Of a DNA stretch of 42,348 bases, positions 1 through 9,783 are shown one piece after another; position 1 is the stretch's first letter; each line of letters begins with the position of its first letter. The translations under genes were made by a program, and so were the position numbers. This DNA is from Actinomycetota bacterium (lineage in GTDB: Bacteria > Actinomycetota > Acidimicrobiia > Acidimicrobiales > GCA-2861595). The stretch is taken from positions 28,276 to 70,623 of the forward strand of contig PJQG01000076.1 of assembly GCA_002861595.1 (NCBI GenBank), given 5' to 3'. A model generated the notes under the pieces. It ran no database searches. It was given only the letters and a program-made list of their open reading frames with translations, and was not told where the DNA came from.

Positions 1-1
1 C

Positions 2-277
2 GTCGCCCATGTGGCCCGCCTCGCCCGTCTCGACCTCACCGAAGACGAGCTCGCCCGGTTCACCGAGCAGTTGGGCGACGTGCTCGAGCACGCCGCCGGT
101 GTGGCCGCCCTCGACACCGCCGGCGTCGATCCCACCGCCCACCCCCTTCCCCTGGTGAACGTGCTGCGCCCCGACGAGCCCCGGCCCAGCCTCGACCGGG
201 CCGAGGTGCTGGCCATGGCCCCGGCTGCCGAGGACAACCGCTTCCGCGTCCCTCGCATCCTGGGGGAGGAACCGTGA
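2..277 (+). CDS. gatC: Asp/Glu-tRNA amidotransferase subunit C (5'-truncated by the window edge)
   Basis: Reads [10 protein letters not shown]...[10 protein letters not shown]...FRVPRIL; stop overlaps the gatA start (GTGA). Confidence 0.95.
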   Translation, partial: VAHVARLARLDLTEDELARFTEQLGDVLEHAAGVAALDTAGVDPTAHPLPLVNVLRPDEPRPSLDRAEVLAMAPAAEDNRFRVPRILGEEP

Positions 278-1707
278 GCATCGGGCTGGGCACCGCCCGG
301 GAGACGGCCGGAGCGGTGCGGCGAGGGGAGCTCACCGCCCGCCAGGTGGTGGAGGAGCACCTGGAGCGCATCGCCGTGGGCGACGGCGAGGTGCACGCCT
401 TCAACCTCGTCCTGGCCGACGAGGCGAGGGCCGCGGCCGACGCCGTGGACCACCGGGTGGCGGCGGGCGAGGACCCCGGGCCGCTGGCCGGCGTGCCCGT
501 GGCCCTGAAGGACAACCTGTGCACCCGCGGGGTGCCCACCACCTGCAGCAGCCGCATCCTCGAAGGCTGGCGCCCGCCCTACGACGCCACCGTCGTCGAG
601 CGGGTGGCGGCGGCCGGCGGGGTGGTGGTGGGCAAGACCAACCTCGACGAGTTCGCCATGGGCTCGTCGACTGAGAACTCCGCCTTCGGCCCCACCCGCA
701 ATCCCCGCGACTTCACCCGTGTCCCCGGCGGCTCCAGCGGTGGGAGCGCGGCGGCCGTGGCCGCCGGCATGGCCCCCCTCGCCCTGGGCTCCGACACCGG
801 GGGGTCCATCCGCCAGCCCGCCGCCCTCTGTGGCGTGGTCGGCGTGAAGCCCACCTACGGAGTGGTGAGCCGCTACGGGCTCATCGCCTTCGCCTCCTCG
901 CTCGACCAGGTCGGCCCCTTCGCCGCCACCGTGGCCGACGCCGCCCTGCTGCTCGACGTCATCGCCGGCCACGACCCGGCCGACTCCACGTCGGTCCCCA
1001 ACCCGCCCGCCGGCCTCCTCGCCCACCTCGGCGACGGCATCGAGGGCCTCCGGGTGGGTGTGGTGCGCGAGCTCACCGAGGGCGTGGACCCCGACGTGGC
1101 CCGCCGTCTCCAGGAGGCGGGCGACGCCCTGGCCGGCGCCGGCGCCAAGGTGGACGAGGTGTCCGTCCCGGCCACCATCCACGGGCTGCCCGCCTACTAC
1201 CTCATCGCCCCGGCGGAGGCCTCGAGCAACCTGGCCCGCTACGACGGCGTGCGCTACGGCCTGCGGGTTGACGGAAACGACATCGGCGCCATGTACGGCG
1301 CAACCCGGGCCGCCGGCTTCGGCCCCGAGGTCAAGCGGCGCATCATGCTCGGCACCTACGCCCTGTCCGCCGGCTACTACGACGCCTACTACGGCCAGGC
1401 CCAGCGGGTGCGCACGCTCATCATCGCCGACTTCGAGGCCGCCTACGCCAGCTTCGACGTGCTGGTGTCGCCCACGTCGCCGACGACCGCCTTCCCGCTC
1501 GGGTCCAAGAGCGAGAACCCCCTGGCCATGTACCTGAGCGACGTGTGCACCATCCCGTCCAACCTGGCCGGCCACCCGGCCATGAGCGTGCCCTTCGGCA
1601 CCGGCGACGACGGCCTGCCCGTCGGCGTGCAGGTCATGGCCCCGAGCCTGGGTGAGCCCGTGATGTTCCGGGTGGCGGCGGCGCTCGAGAAGGCGGCGCC
1701 GGCGTGA
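274..1707 (+). CDS. gatA: Asp/Glu-tRNA amidotransferase subunit A
   Basis: Amidase signature [37 protein letters not shown]. Confidence 0.98.
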   Translation: MSIGLGTARETAGAVRRGELTARQVVEEHLERIAVGDGEVHAFNLVLADEARAAADAVDHRVAAGEDPGPLAGVPVALKDNLCTRGVPTTCSSRILEGWRPPYDATVVERVAAAGGVVVGKTNLDEFAMGSSTENSAFGPTRNPRDFTRVPGGSSGGSAAAVAAGMAPLALGSDTGGSIRQPAALCGVVGVKPTYGVVSRYGLIAFASSLDQVGPFAATVADAALLLDVIAGHDPADSTSVPNPPAGLLAHLGDGIEGLRVGVVRELTEGVDPDVARRLQEAGDALAGAGAKVDEVSVPATIHGLPAYYLIAPAEASSNLARYDGVRYGLRVDGNDIGAMYGATRAAGFGPEVKRRIMLGTYALSAGYYDAYYGQAQRVRTLIIADFEAAYASFDVLVSPTSPTTAFPLGSKSENPLAMYLSDVCTIPSNLAGHPAMSVPFGTGDDGLPVGVQVMAPSLGEPVMFRVAAALEKAAPA

Positions 1708-3236
1708 GCGAGCAGGTCGGGCCCAGCGGCGAGGGGTTGGGGCCCCGGCGGGCCTATGAGACGGCGCCGGGTGGGGATGGGCCCCCCGCCTTCGGCGAGG
1801 AGCCGGGGTTGGGGCCCCGGCGGGCCTATGAGACAGTTGTCGGGTTGGAGGTCCACTGCGAGCTGCGCACGGCCACCAAGCTGTTCTGCGCCTGCCGCAA
1901 CGCCTTCGGCGACGACCCGAACACCAACGTGTGCCCCGTCTGCCTCGGGCTGCCCGGGTCGCTCCCGGTGCTCAACGCCCGGGCCGTGGAGCTGGCCATG
2001 CGCATCGGTGAAGCCCTCCACTGCGAGGTGCGCCGCAGCATCTTCCACCGCAAGAACTACTTCTATCCGGACATGCCCAAGGACTACCAGGTCAGCCAGT
2101 ACGACGAGCCCATCAACGTCGACGGCTGGCTGGAGCTGCCCGATGGGTCCCGCGTGGGCATCGAGCGGGCCCACCTGGAGGAGGACACCGGCTCCAACCG
2201 CCACGTCGGCGGCGACGGGCGAATCCACAACGCCGACTACTCCCTCGTCGACTACAACCGGGCCGGCGTCCCCCTGGTGGAGATCGTGAGCCGCCCCGAC
2301 ATCCGCTCGGCCGAGCAGGCCCGGGCCTACGTGAGCGAGCTTCGGGCCATCCTGGTCGCCATCGGTGCCTCCGACGGCAAGATGGAGGAGGGGTCTCTGC
2401 GGGTCGACGCCAACGTTTCGGTCCGCCCCGCCGGCAGCGACCAGCTCGGGACCCGCTGCGAGGTCAAGAACCTCAACTCGCTGCGCTCACTCGGCCGCGC
2501 CATCGACCACGAGGCCGCCCGCCAGTGGGAACTGCTCCAGGCCGGCGAGCGGGTCGTGCAGGAGACCCGGCACTGGAACGAGGCCCAAGGACGCACGGTG
2601 TCCGGTCGCTCCAAGGAGGAGGCCTACGACTACCGGTACTTCCCGGAGCCCGACCTGGTGCCCGTCGACCCCGGCGAGGCGTGGCGGGACGAGGTCCGCC
2701 GGGCCCTGCCCATGCTGCCCGCGGCCCGCCGGGAGCGACTGGCCAGGGCCGCGGGCCTGTCGCCCGCCGGCGTGGCCACCGTCGTCGAGCTGGACCTCGA
2801 CACACTGGTGTTGGCCGCCATCTCGGCCGGGGCGGACGGCCGCCGCGCCGTCAACCGGGCGGCCAACGAGGTGGCCGCGGATCTCGACGGCGCCCGCCGG
2901 CTGGATCCGGCCGCCTTCACCAAGCTCCTGCTGCTGGAGGACGCCGGCAAGCTCACCGCCACCCAGGCCAAGCAGGTCCTGGCCGAGATGCTGGCCAGCG
3001 GGGGCGATCCCGAGGAGCTGGCCGCAGCCCGGGGGTTCAAGGCCATGGAGGCCGCCGAGGTGGCGGCGCAGGTGGACGCCCTCATCGCCGCCCACCCGGG
3101 CGAGTGGGAGCGGTTTCGGGGAGGCGACGCCAAGGTGACCGGCTTCTTCGTGGGGAAGGTCATGAAGGCCACCCAGGGCAAGGCCGACGGCCGGGCGGTG
3201 ACGGCGCTGTTGCAGGAGCGCGCAGAGCTTTCGTGA
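1704..3236 (+). CDS. gatB: Asp/Glu-tRNA amidotransferase subunit B, with a repeat-derived N-terminal extension
   Basis: [33 protein letters not shown]; GTG overlaps the gatA stop; an alternative TTG start at 1809 is possible. Confidence 0.97.
   Translation: MSEQVGPSGEGLGPRRAYETAPGGDGPPAFGEEPGLGPRRAYETVVGLEVHCELRTATKLFCACRNAFGDDPNTNVCPVCLGLPGSLPVLNARAVELAMRIGEALHCEVRRSIFHRKNYFYPDMPKDYQVSQYDEPINVDGWLELPDGSRVGIERAHLEEDTGSNRHVGGDGRIHNADYSLVDYNRAGVPLVEIVSRPDIRSAEQARAYVSELRAILVAIGASDGKMEEGSLRVDANVSVRPAGSDQLGTRCEVKNLNSLRSLGRAIDHEAARQWELLQAGERVVQETRHWNEAQGRTVSGRSKEEAYDYRYFPEPDLVPVDPGEAWRDEVRRALPMLPAARRERLARAAGLSPAGVATVVELDLDTLVLAAISAGADGRRAVNRAANEVAADLDGARRLDPAAFTKLLLLEDAGKLTATQAKQVLAEMLASGGDPEELAAARGFKAMEAAEVAAQVDALIAAHPGEWERFRGGDAKVTGFFVGKVMKATQGKADGRAVTALLQERAELS
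1714..1834 (+). repeat. Coding palindromic element: internally deleted copy (~1714-1752) plus full copy (~1758-1824); exact 30-bp direct repeat at 1733-1762 and 1805-1834
   Basis: 1761-1824 matches the reverse complement of the cimA repeat unit at 56/64 positions (manual alignment); 72-bp period keeps the frame. Confidence 0.9.
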
Positions 3237-4138
3237 CCCGGCGGTCGAGGCGCCGTGGCATGGGAGCGACCATCGCCATGGCGGTGGCCCTCGCGACCCT
3301 CGCCGCCTGTGGCGGCGACAGCGGCGGTGGTGCGGAGGACGGCTCTCCCACCATCCGGGGCCAGGCCGCCAGCTCCTCTACGACTGCCGTCCCTGCCACG
3401 GCGTCGGGGGGCGAGGCAGCGACCACGGCGCCGGTCGCCGGCAGTGCCGCCGCGACCACCACAGCCGGTGGCGCCCGCCGCGCCACGTCGACCACGTCGA
3501 CGAGCCGCGCCGAGGCCACGGGCGGCGCAGCCGCCGCTCCCGCACCGTCGGGCGCCGCCGCCACTCGCCCGGGGCGCTACCGCTACGCCAGCACCGGCAC
3601 CTTCTCGGCCGGCCTCACCGGTGAGCAACGGCGGAGCGGAGAGTCGGTCCTCATCGTGGACCCGCCGGCCGGCGCCGACCAGCACAGCCTGCGGGAGGGC
3701 GACAACCGGTCCACCGAGCAGGTGCTGCGGTTCCAGGCCGACGGCATCTACATCGTGGTCCTCGAGGTGACCGAGCAGGGCCTGGCCAAGGAGTTCCGGC
3801 CCTCACCGCCGGTCCTGGCCTTCCCCTACGGCGCAGCCGCGGGCCGCACGTGGTCCTGGCGCATGACGTCCACCGACGGCAAGACCACGGTGGAGGGCAA
3901 CCTCCGGATCGAGCGGACGGAGTCGGTCCAGGTGGGCTCGGACGCAGTGCCTGCCGTCGTCGTCCGGGCCGCCCTGGCGACGACCGGTGACATCGCCTCC
4001 CGCGGAACGCAGACGCTGTGGGTGGCCGAGGGCCGCCGGCTGGTGGTGCGGGAGCAGTCACGCACCGAAGGGAGCTTTGGCGCCATCTCGTTCCGCTCGA
4101 CGGCCGAGGAGCAGCTTCTTTCCCTGGGCTCCTTGTAA
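3233..4138 (+). CDS. Putative lipoprotein (possibly Tat-exported) with Ala/Thr linker and beta-rich C-terminal domain
   Basis: GTGA overlap with the gatB stop; SRRRG motif, hydrophobic stretch, lipobox LAAC. Confidence 0.75.
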   Translation: MTRRSRRRGMGATIAMAVALATLAACGGDSGGGAEDGSPTIRGQAASSSTTAVPATASGGEAATTAPVAGSAAATTTAGGARRATSTTSTSRAEATGGAAAAPAPSGAAATRPGRYRYASTGTFSAGLTGEQRRSGESVLIVDPPAGADQHSLREGDNRSTEQVLRFQADGIYIVVLEVTEQGLAKEFRPSPPVLAFPYGAAAGRTWSWRMTSTDGKTTVEGNLRIERTESVQVGSDAVPAVVVRAALATTGDIASRGTQTLWVAEGRRLVVREQSRTEGSFGAISFRSTAEEQLLSLGSL

Positions 4139-4276
4139 TCGACCACTGTCCGTGGTACCTTTAGCGCTGTGTTCAACAACCGGCGTTCTGTCTTCTCACA
4201 TTCTGCGTTTTGGTCGCGCGCTGCGCGGGAACATGGCCCCGGCCTGACCAGCCACCGTGACGAAGGAGTAGGAGTG

Positions 4277-5485
4277 ATGGGAAAACTCAATCGCCAACTG
4301 CTGCTGTGCTGCTCGTTGAGCGCCGGCGTGCTGTTGGCCTCGGCGCCGGCGGTGTTCGCCGCTGATCCGCCCGCGCACGGCAACGCCGGCGGCAACGGCA
4401 ACGGCCAGGCCAAGGCGGGCACCTCCGCACCGGCGGCCGGCCAGGCCAACGTGGGGGCCGACCCCGGGCACGCCAGTCCGGGGAACGGTCCGGGCCAGGG
4501 GAACCCCGGTACCGGCAACGCCGGCCAGGGGGCTGCGGCCAACGAGGGCGCGGCCAACCAGGACCACAATCAGGGCCAGGGCCAGGACCAGGACCAGGGC
4601 CAGGGCCAGGGCCAGGGCCAGGGCCAGGGCAACCAGGACCAGGGCAACCAGGACCAGGGCAACCAGGACCAGGGCAACCAGGACCAGGGCCAAGGCGCCG
4701 GGACGGCTCCCCCAGGCAACAACGGGACCATCAAGGTCGATTTCGATGGGGCCGGCCTCGACCGCCGCAACAACGAGACGCACGGCTGCCCGCTCTCCGT
4801 CAAGTTCTTCAACTTCGATCCCGACCAGTGGGTCACCGTCACCTTCAGTGGCCAGGCTCCCACCCGATCTGCGCCCTTCACCGGCGGAAGAGTGAGGATG
4901 GACAACGACGGCAACGCCGTCAAGACCTACGGCGACATCGCGGCTCTGCTGGCCGCTGCCGGCGCCGCTCCCACCAAGAACGGCTATCACCTGAGAGTCG
5001 AGGCGAAGGCCGAGGGCGCTCCCGGAGGGTCGAAGACCAAGGTCGTCTGGATCAAGTGTGCCGTCGCCCCCACGGTCACGACGACCACCGTGGCTCCGAC
5101 GACCACCGCTCCGACGACCACCACGACGGTGCCCGCCGACGATTCGACCTCCGTCGACGGCACACGAGACGCGCAGAACGAGGCATCCGGCATCACGCCC
5201 GGCAACCTCAACTCGAACAGCCGCCTTGCCGTCCTCGGTGAGACCATCGAGCGCAGCCGGGCGACGGACGACGGGACCCGCACTCGCCGGGCCCGGGCCG
5301 CAGCGTCGCCCACTCGGGGCACCAACGCCGATCGCAGGGCGAGGGTCCTCGGCACCACGGTCGAGCGGGCGGGCCTGGCCCGCACGGGGTTGGACGCCTT
5401 GCAGCTCGCGACGCTCGGAGCCCTCGCTCTCTTCGCCGGGTACGCCGCCGTACGGGTGTCGCGCCGGAAGACGGAACAGAGCTAA
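4277..5485 (+). CDS. Sortase-anchored surface protein (LAXTG) with Gln/Gly repeats and a Thr-rich linker
   Basis: AGGAG RBS, signal peptide ending AVFA, C-terminal LARTG + hydrophobic helix + RRK tail. Confidence 0.85.
   Translation: MGKLNRQLLLCCSLSAGVLLASAPAVFAADPPAHGNAGGNGNGQAKAGTSAPAAGQANVGADPGHASPGNGPGQGNPGTGNAGQGAAANEGAANQDHNQGQGQDQDQGQGQGQGQGQGNQDQGNQDQGNQDQGNQDQGQGAGTAPPGNNGTIKVDFDGAGLDRRNNETHGCPLSVKFFNFDPDQWVTVTFSGQAPTRSAPFTGGRVRMDNDGNAVKTYGDIAALLAAAGAAPTKNGYHLRVEAKAEGAPGGSKTKVVWIKCAVAPTVTTTTVAPTTTAPTTTTTVPADDSTSVDGTRDAQNEASGITPGNLNSNSRLAVLGETIERSRATDDGTRTRRARAAASPTRGTNADRRARVLGTTVERAGLARTGLDALQLATLGALALFAGYAAVRVSRRKTEQS
4571..4690 (+). repeat. In-frame tandem repeats: (CAGGRC)x10 followed by (AACCAGGACCAGGGC)x4
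   Basis: Read directly; encodes QG/QD and NQDQG repeats. Confidence 0.95.
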
Positions 5486-5590
5486 CGGCTTCACCGTGTG
5501 ATCGGTGTTGGCATCTCCGTCCTCACCTAGCCCCTCGCAGACGGCCGACGATGCACCTTCGTGTGCCAGGAGCCCGGGGCGAACCTGTGG

Positions 5591-5619
5591 TTGACAACCA
5601 CTCACCGAGGGGATACTCT
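5591..5619 (+). promoter_or_regulatory. SigA-type promoter TTGACA-17-TACTCT for the kinase/regulator operon; a 7-1-7 palindrome at 5587-5601 covers the -35
   Basis: Near-consensus hexamers with 17-bp spacing; GTGGTTG-A-CAACCAC. Confidence 0.7.
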
Positions 5620-5758
5620 CCCTGTTAGTGCCGATGTCAGCTCTGAAGTCGGGTTTTTGCTCGGCAGCGGCCCACATCAACCACTCTCAGTGTCAAAAGG
5701 GGAAAGCGTCGTTCGCTGAAGGAACGGGCGGGCGGCTCCTGGAGATCGAAGGGATGTC

Positions 5759-6517
5759 GTGACGGGCAACGGTTGGAGACGCGGGGGAACGAAGCCGAGG
5801 GCGGCTATCGCGCCGCGTGCCGCCCTTCCGGCGGAGAGGCCATCCGCCGAGGAGGGGGACGTCCTCGGACTGCGGGCGCTGTGTCACGATCTGCGCCACC
5901 CCGCGGCGGTCATCGACGCGCTCGTCGCCGCCGTCCAGGTCGAGTGCGAGCTGCCACCACAGGCCGTCGCCCGGCTCGGGCAGATCGCCTCAGAGGCGAG
6001 GCGGATCTCCGAGCTCTGTCGCCATGTCATGACAGGAGACGGCGGCAGGTCGCCGCTGCTCCGGCTCGACCGCGTCGCCACTGAGGTCGTGCGCAGCGCG
6101 CAGGTGACCCATGCCGGGATCCACATCCTCGCGGAGCGGACCGTCGTCGAGATCGATGACGCCGACGCCCGCCGGATTCTCTGGAACCTGTTGGACAACG
6201 CCTGCCGGGCGTCGGGCCCGAAGGGCGATGTTCTCGTCTCCATCTCCGGCACCGAGAAGGAGGTCCGCCTGGAGGTGGCGGACTCGGGGCCCGGATTCGG
6301 CCAGGGCGAGCCAGGCGCGGCCGCGCTGGGGTTGTCGATCGTGCGGGCCACGGCCAAACGGCACGGGGGGGTGGTGGAGGTCGGCGAGGGCGCGTTGGGA
6401 GGAGCTCTGGTTGCGGTCGTCCTGCCGCCCCCTCGCATCGACCTCGTCAAACGGACAGGACTGGATGAGTGGTTCGGTCCCCAGATGTCCGGGGAAGGCG
6501 AAGGCAGGGCATCGTGA
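5759..6517 (+). CDS. Short cytoplasmic histidine kinase with no sensor or transmembrane region
   Basis: H-box HDLRHP, N-box NLLDNA, G1 DSGPG, G2-like LGLSIV; start uncertain. Confidence 0.85.
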   Translation: MTGNGWRRGGTKPRAAIAPRAALPAERPSAEEGDVLGLRALCHDLRHPAAVIDALVAAVQVECELPPQAVARLGQIASEARRISELCRHVMTGDGGRSPLLRLDRVATEVVRSAQVTHAGIHILAERTVVEIDDADARRILWNLLDNACRASGPKGDVLVSISGTEKEVRLEVADSGPGFGQGEPGAAALGLSIVRATAKRHGGVVEVGEGALGGALVAVVLPPPRIDLVKRTGLDEWFGPQMSGEGEGRAS

Positions 6518-7191
6518 ACGTCGTCATCTGTGACGATCATCAGCTTTTCACCGAGGCCCTGGCCGTCGTCCTCCGGGCCCGTGGCTACCGGGTGGCCGCG
6601 TGCGCCTCGAGGCCGGACGAAGCCGTTGTCGCTGTCCGCACCCGACCGCCCGACCAGCCCGTCGACGTGTGCCTGCTCGACCTGCACTTTCCCGACGGCA
6701 GCGCCATCGATGCCATCGCCGAGATCGTCTTCACGTCTCCGCAGACCCGAGTCGTCGTGCTGTCCGGCTCGACCGACCCGGTCCTCTTCAACTGCGCTCT
6801 CGCGGCCGGCGCCCGAGGTGTGGTGGCCAAAGGCGAGGCGCTCGAGGCGATCCTCTCAGTGCTCGATCGTGTGCACCGGGGCGAGATGGTGGTGCAGGGC
6901 TCGGCGCTGACGACCCTCGCCGAGCTCGTACCCGCGCCAGGGACACCTGTCCAGGAGCTGGCCCGATTCCTCACGGCACGAGAGCGGGAAGTTCTGGCGC
7001 ATCTCGTGCGGGGTCGGAGCTCCGCCGAAGTGGCCTCGGAGATGGGGGTGCGGTACTCGACCGTCCGCACGCACATCCAGAACATCCTCATGAAGCTGGG
7101 AGCGCACTCCAAGCTCGAGGCGGTGGCCCTCGCCATTCATGAAGGCCTCGTGACCATGGAAGTGCCCGTGCGCCGCTCCGACACGGCCTGA
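6514..7191 (+). CDS. NarL/LuxR-family response regulator
   Basis: VVICDDH, LLDLHFPD receiver, LTAREREVL...TVRTHIQNI HTH; GTGA coupling to the kinase. Confidence 0.93.
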   Translation: MNVVICDDHQLFTEALAVVLRARGYRVAACASRPDEAVVAVRTRPPDQPVDVCLLDLHFPDGSAIDAIAEIVFTSPQTRVVVLSGSTDPVLFNCALAAGARGVVAKGEALEAILSVLDRVHRGEMVVQGSALTTLAELVPAPGTPVQELARFLTAREREVLAHLVRGRSSAEVASEMGVRYSTVRTHIQNILMKLGAHSKLEAVALAIHEGLVTMEVPVRRSDTA

Positions 7192-7264
7192 CGCCTGCGG
7201 ACAGGGGCCAGTGGGGCTGGCCGATGTTCGGCACCCGGGTCCTGGTCGGTGCCCCAGGCAGGAC

Positions 7265-7936
7265 TCAGCCCCGGACTGTCGCTCGAAGGCCAGCCCGATA
7301 GGCGACAGCAACGGCCTCGAGACTCGAATGGGCGCCGAGCTTTTTCAGCACGTTGCGCACGTGGGTACGAACCGTGTTGGGCGAAACGTACAGCTGCCGG
7401 GCGATGTGGGCCTTGTCGTGGCCGGCGACCAGGCACGCGAGCACCTCTCGCTCGCGATCACTGAGGCTAGCCACCTTCTCCTCCTCCGGGCTGAGCTGGT
7501 TGGAGTCGGACAGCAGCGATCGAAGGACATCGGTCAGAGTCCTCGGCGGTATCCAGCTTTCGCCCCGGTGCACGCCCCGCACGACCCGGAGTAGGTCCTC
7601 GACGGCAAGGCCCTTGCTCATCACCGCGGAGGCCCCGGCGCGCACGGCGGCACAGGCGGTCTCGGCGTCTTCATGGCAGGTGAGGATGGCGACGCGAGCT
7701 TGGGGATGGTCCTCCCGGAGCTTCTGCGCGAGCTGGATACCGTCAGTGGTGCCGAGGTCGACGTCCAGCAGTATCAGCTCCGGGTTCTGGACGTCGGCGA
7801 TCGCTTCGGCCTGTGCCGCGGAGGTGGCCATGCCCACCACCTGGAGGTCCGGCTCAGCGTTGAGTATCGCCGCCAGCGCGTCCAGGAACACGCGGTGGTC
7901 ATCGACGAGCAGGATGCGTGCGGGGGACACTTCCAC
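7265..7936 (-). CDS. NarL/LuxR-family response regulator
   Basis: [22 protein letters not shown]...TVRTHVRNV; start chosen from TACCCT-7 nt-GTG. Confidence 0.92.
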   Translation of the reverse strand: MEVSPARILLVDDHRVFLDALAAILNAEPDLQVVGMATSAAQAEAIADVQNPELILLDVDLGTTDGIQLAQKLREDHPQARVAILTCHEDAETACAAVRAGASAVMSKGLAVEDLLRVVRGVHRGESWIPPRTLTDVLRSLLSDSNQLSPEEEKVASLSDREREVLACLVAGHDKAHIARQLYVSPNTVRTHVRNVLKKLGAHSSLEAVAVAYRAGLRATVRG

Positions 7937-8089
7937 ACCTTCCAGGGTACGAGCCGGGGGAGCCACATGCATCCGCGGGAGAGCTCTTCATGCGTTTGCA
8001 CGACCGAACGGAACACGATGACTGGGAGCGGGTGCGTCGCGGTGGCGGCCACCGCTCCTTGTCGCTCACCACCCCCTATTCTCGTGGCC

Positions 8090-9781
8090 ATGCCGAGCGA
8101 CATGAGGCCCCGTTCGCGGGAGGTGACCGAGGGGTACGAGCGGGCGCCGGCCCGGGCCATGCTGCGGGCCGTCGGGATGACCGACGAGGATTTCGGCAAG
8201 GCCCAGGTGGGCGTGGCCTCGTCGTGGAACGAGGTGACACCCTGCAACATGCCGCTGGCCCGCTTGGCCCAGCACGCCAAGGAGGGGGTGCGGGCGGCGG
8301 GTGGCTTCCCCCTGGAGTTCGTCACCATCGCCGTGAGCGACGGCATCTCGATGGGCCACGAGGGCATGCGCGCCTCGCTCGTCAGCCGGGAGGTGATCGC
8401 CGACTCGGTGGAGACGGTGATGCACGCCGAGCGCTTCGACGCCATGGTCACCCTCGCCGGCTGCGACAAGTCCCTCCCCGGGATGCTCATGGCGTCGGCC
8501 CGGCTGAACCTGCCCTCGGTCTTCCTCTACGGCGGCAGCATCCTCACCGGCCGCATCCCCGGCGACGCTTCCGGTCGTGCTCTCGACATCGTGAGCGTCT
8601 TCGAGGGCGTGGGTGGGCGGGCGGCGGGAGCGCTCACCGACGAGGAGCTGGCCTTGATCGAGCGCCACGCCTGCCCCACCGAGGGCAGCTGCGCCGGCAT
8701 GTTCACGGCCAACACCATGGCCGCGGTCGGCGAGGCCCTCGGCATGTCCCTGCCGGGAAGCGCCACCCCGCCCGCCGTCGACCCCCGCCGGGAGGAGGTG
8801 GCTCACGGCTGCGGTGAGGCGGTGATGGCCATGCTCGAGGCAGGCATCCGGCCCCGCCAGATCATGACCAAGGAGGCGTTCGAGAACGCCATAGCCGTGG
8901 CCATGGCGCTGGGTGGTTCCACCAACGCCGTGCTCCACCTCCTGGCCATCGCCAACGAGGCGCAGGTCGAGCTGACGTTGGAGGACTTCGACCGCGTGGG
9001 CCGGCGGGTGCCGCACCTGGCCGACACCAGGCCGCACGGCCGGTACCACATGACCGACCTCGACCGCATCGGCGGGGTGCCGGTCATCATGCGGGAGCTG
9101 CTCGACGCCGGCTTGTTGCACGGCGGCTGCCTCACCGTGACCGGTCGTACCGTGGCCGAGAACCTCCAGGCGCTGAACCCGCCGGCACCTGACGGCGCCG
9201 TCGTCCATCCCCTGTCGGCGCCCATCCACGTCGATGGCGGCATCGCCATCCTGTCGGGCTCGCTGGCGCCGGCCGGGGCGGTGGTGAAGGTGGCCGGGAT
9301 CGACGTCGACCGCTTCGAGGGGACGGCCCGGGTGTTCGACGGCGAGCAGGGCGCCCTCGACGCCGTCCTGGCCGGGTCGATCACCCCGGGCACCGTGCTG
9401 GTGATCCGCTACGAGGGGCCCAAGGGTGGTCCCGGCATGCGGGAGATGCTGGCGGTGACGGGCGCCATGAAAGGCGCCGGCCGGGGCGGCGACTGCGCCC
9501 TCCTCACCGACGGTCGGTTCTCCGGCGGGACCCACGGGTTCTGCGTCGGCCATGTCGCCCCCGAAGGGGTCGACGGCGGGCCGATCGCGTTCGTGCGCGA
9601 CGGCGACCGCATCGTGATCGACGTGGCCGCCCGGCGCATCGACCTGGCCGTCGACGAGGCCGAGCTGGCCCGCCGCCGCCTCGACTGGAAGCTCCCTGAG
9701 CCCCGGTACACGACCGGCGTGCTGGCCAAGTACGCCCGCCTGGTCACCGGCGCCGAGCGCGGGGCGGTAACCGGGCCGTAG
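8090..9781 (+). CDS. ilvD: Dihydroxy-acid dehydratase
   Basis: [40 protein letters not shown]; leaderless start after TATTCT (8077-8082). Confidence 0.97.
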   Translation: MPSDMRPRSREVTEGYERAPARAMLRAVGMTDEDFGKAQVGVASSWNEVTPCNMPLARLAQHAKEGVRAAGGFPLEFVTIAVSDGISMGHEGMRASLVSREVIADSVETVMHAERFDAMVTLAGCDKSLPGMLMASARLNLPSVFLYGGSILTGRIPGDASGRALDIVSVFEGVGGRAAGALTDEELALIERHACPTEGSCAGMFTANTMAAVGEALGMSLPGSATPPAVDPRREEVAHGCGEAVMAMLEAGIRPRQIMTKEAFENAIAVAMALGGSTNAVLHLLAIANEAQVELTLEDFDRVGRRVPHLADTRPHGRYHMTDLDRIGGVPVIMRELLDAGLLHGGCLTVTGRTVAENLQALNPPAPDGAVVHPLSAPIHVDGGIAILSGSLAPAGAVVKVAGIDVDRFEGTARVFDGEQGALDAVLAGSITPGTVLVIRYEGPKGGPGMREMLAVTGAMKGAGRGGDCALLTDGRFSGGTHGFCVGHVAPEGVDGGPIAFVRDGDRIVIDVAARRIDLAVDEAELARRRLDWKLPEPRYTTGVLAKYARLVTGAERGAVTGP

Positions 9782-9783
9782 CG

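Noticed and set aside
5626-5758. Known riboswitch in the kinase 5' UTR
   Set aside because: No riboswitch consensus recognisable by eye; would need an Infernal search.
7673-8089. ORF-track N-terminal extensions of ilvD (similarly leuC, gltX, aspC, serA, ilvN, HNH)
   Set aside because: The extensions overlap neighbouring genes and precede the conserved N-termini; downstream starts fit promoters or translational coupling.
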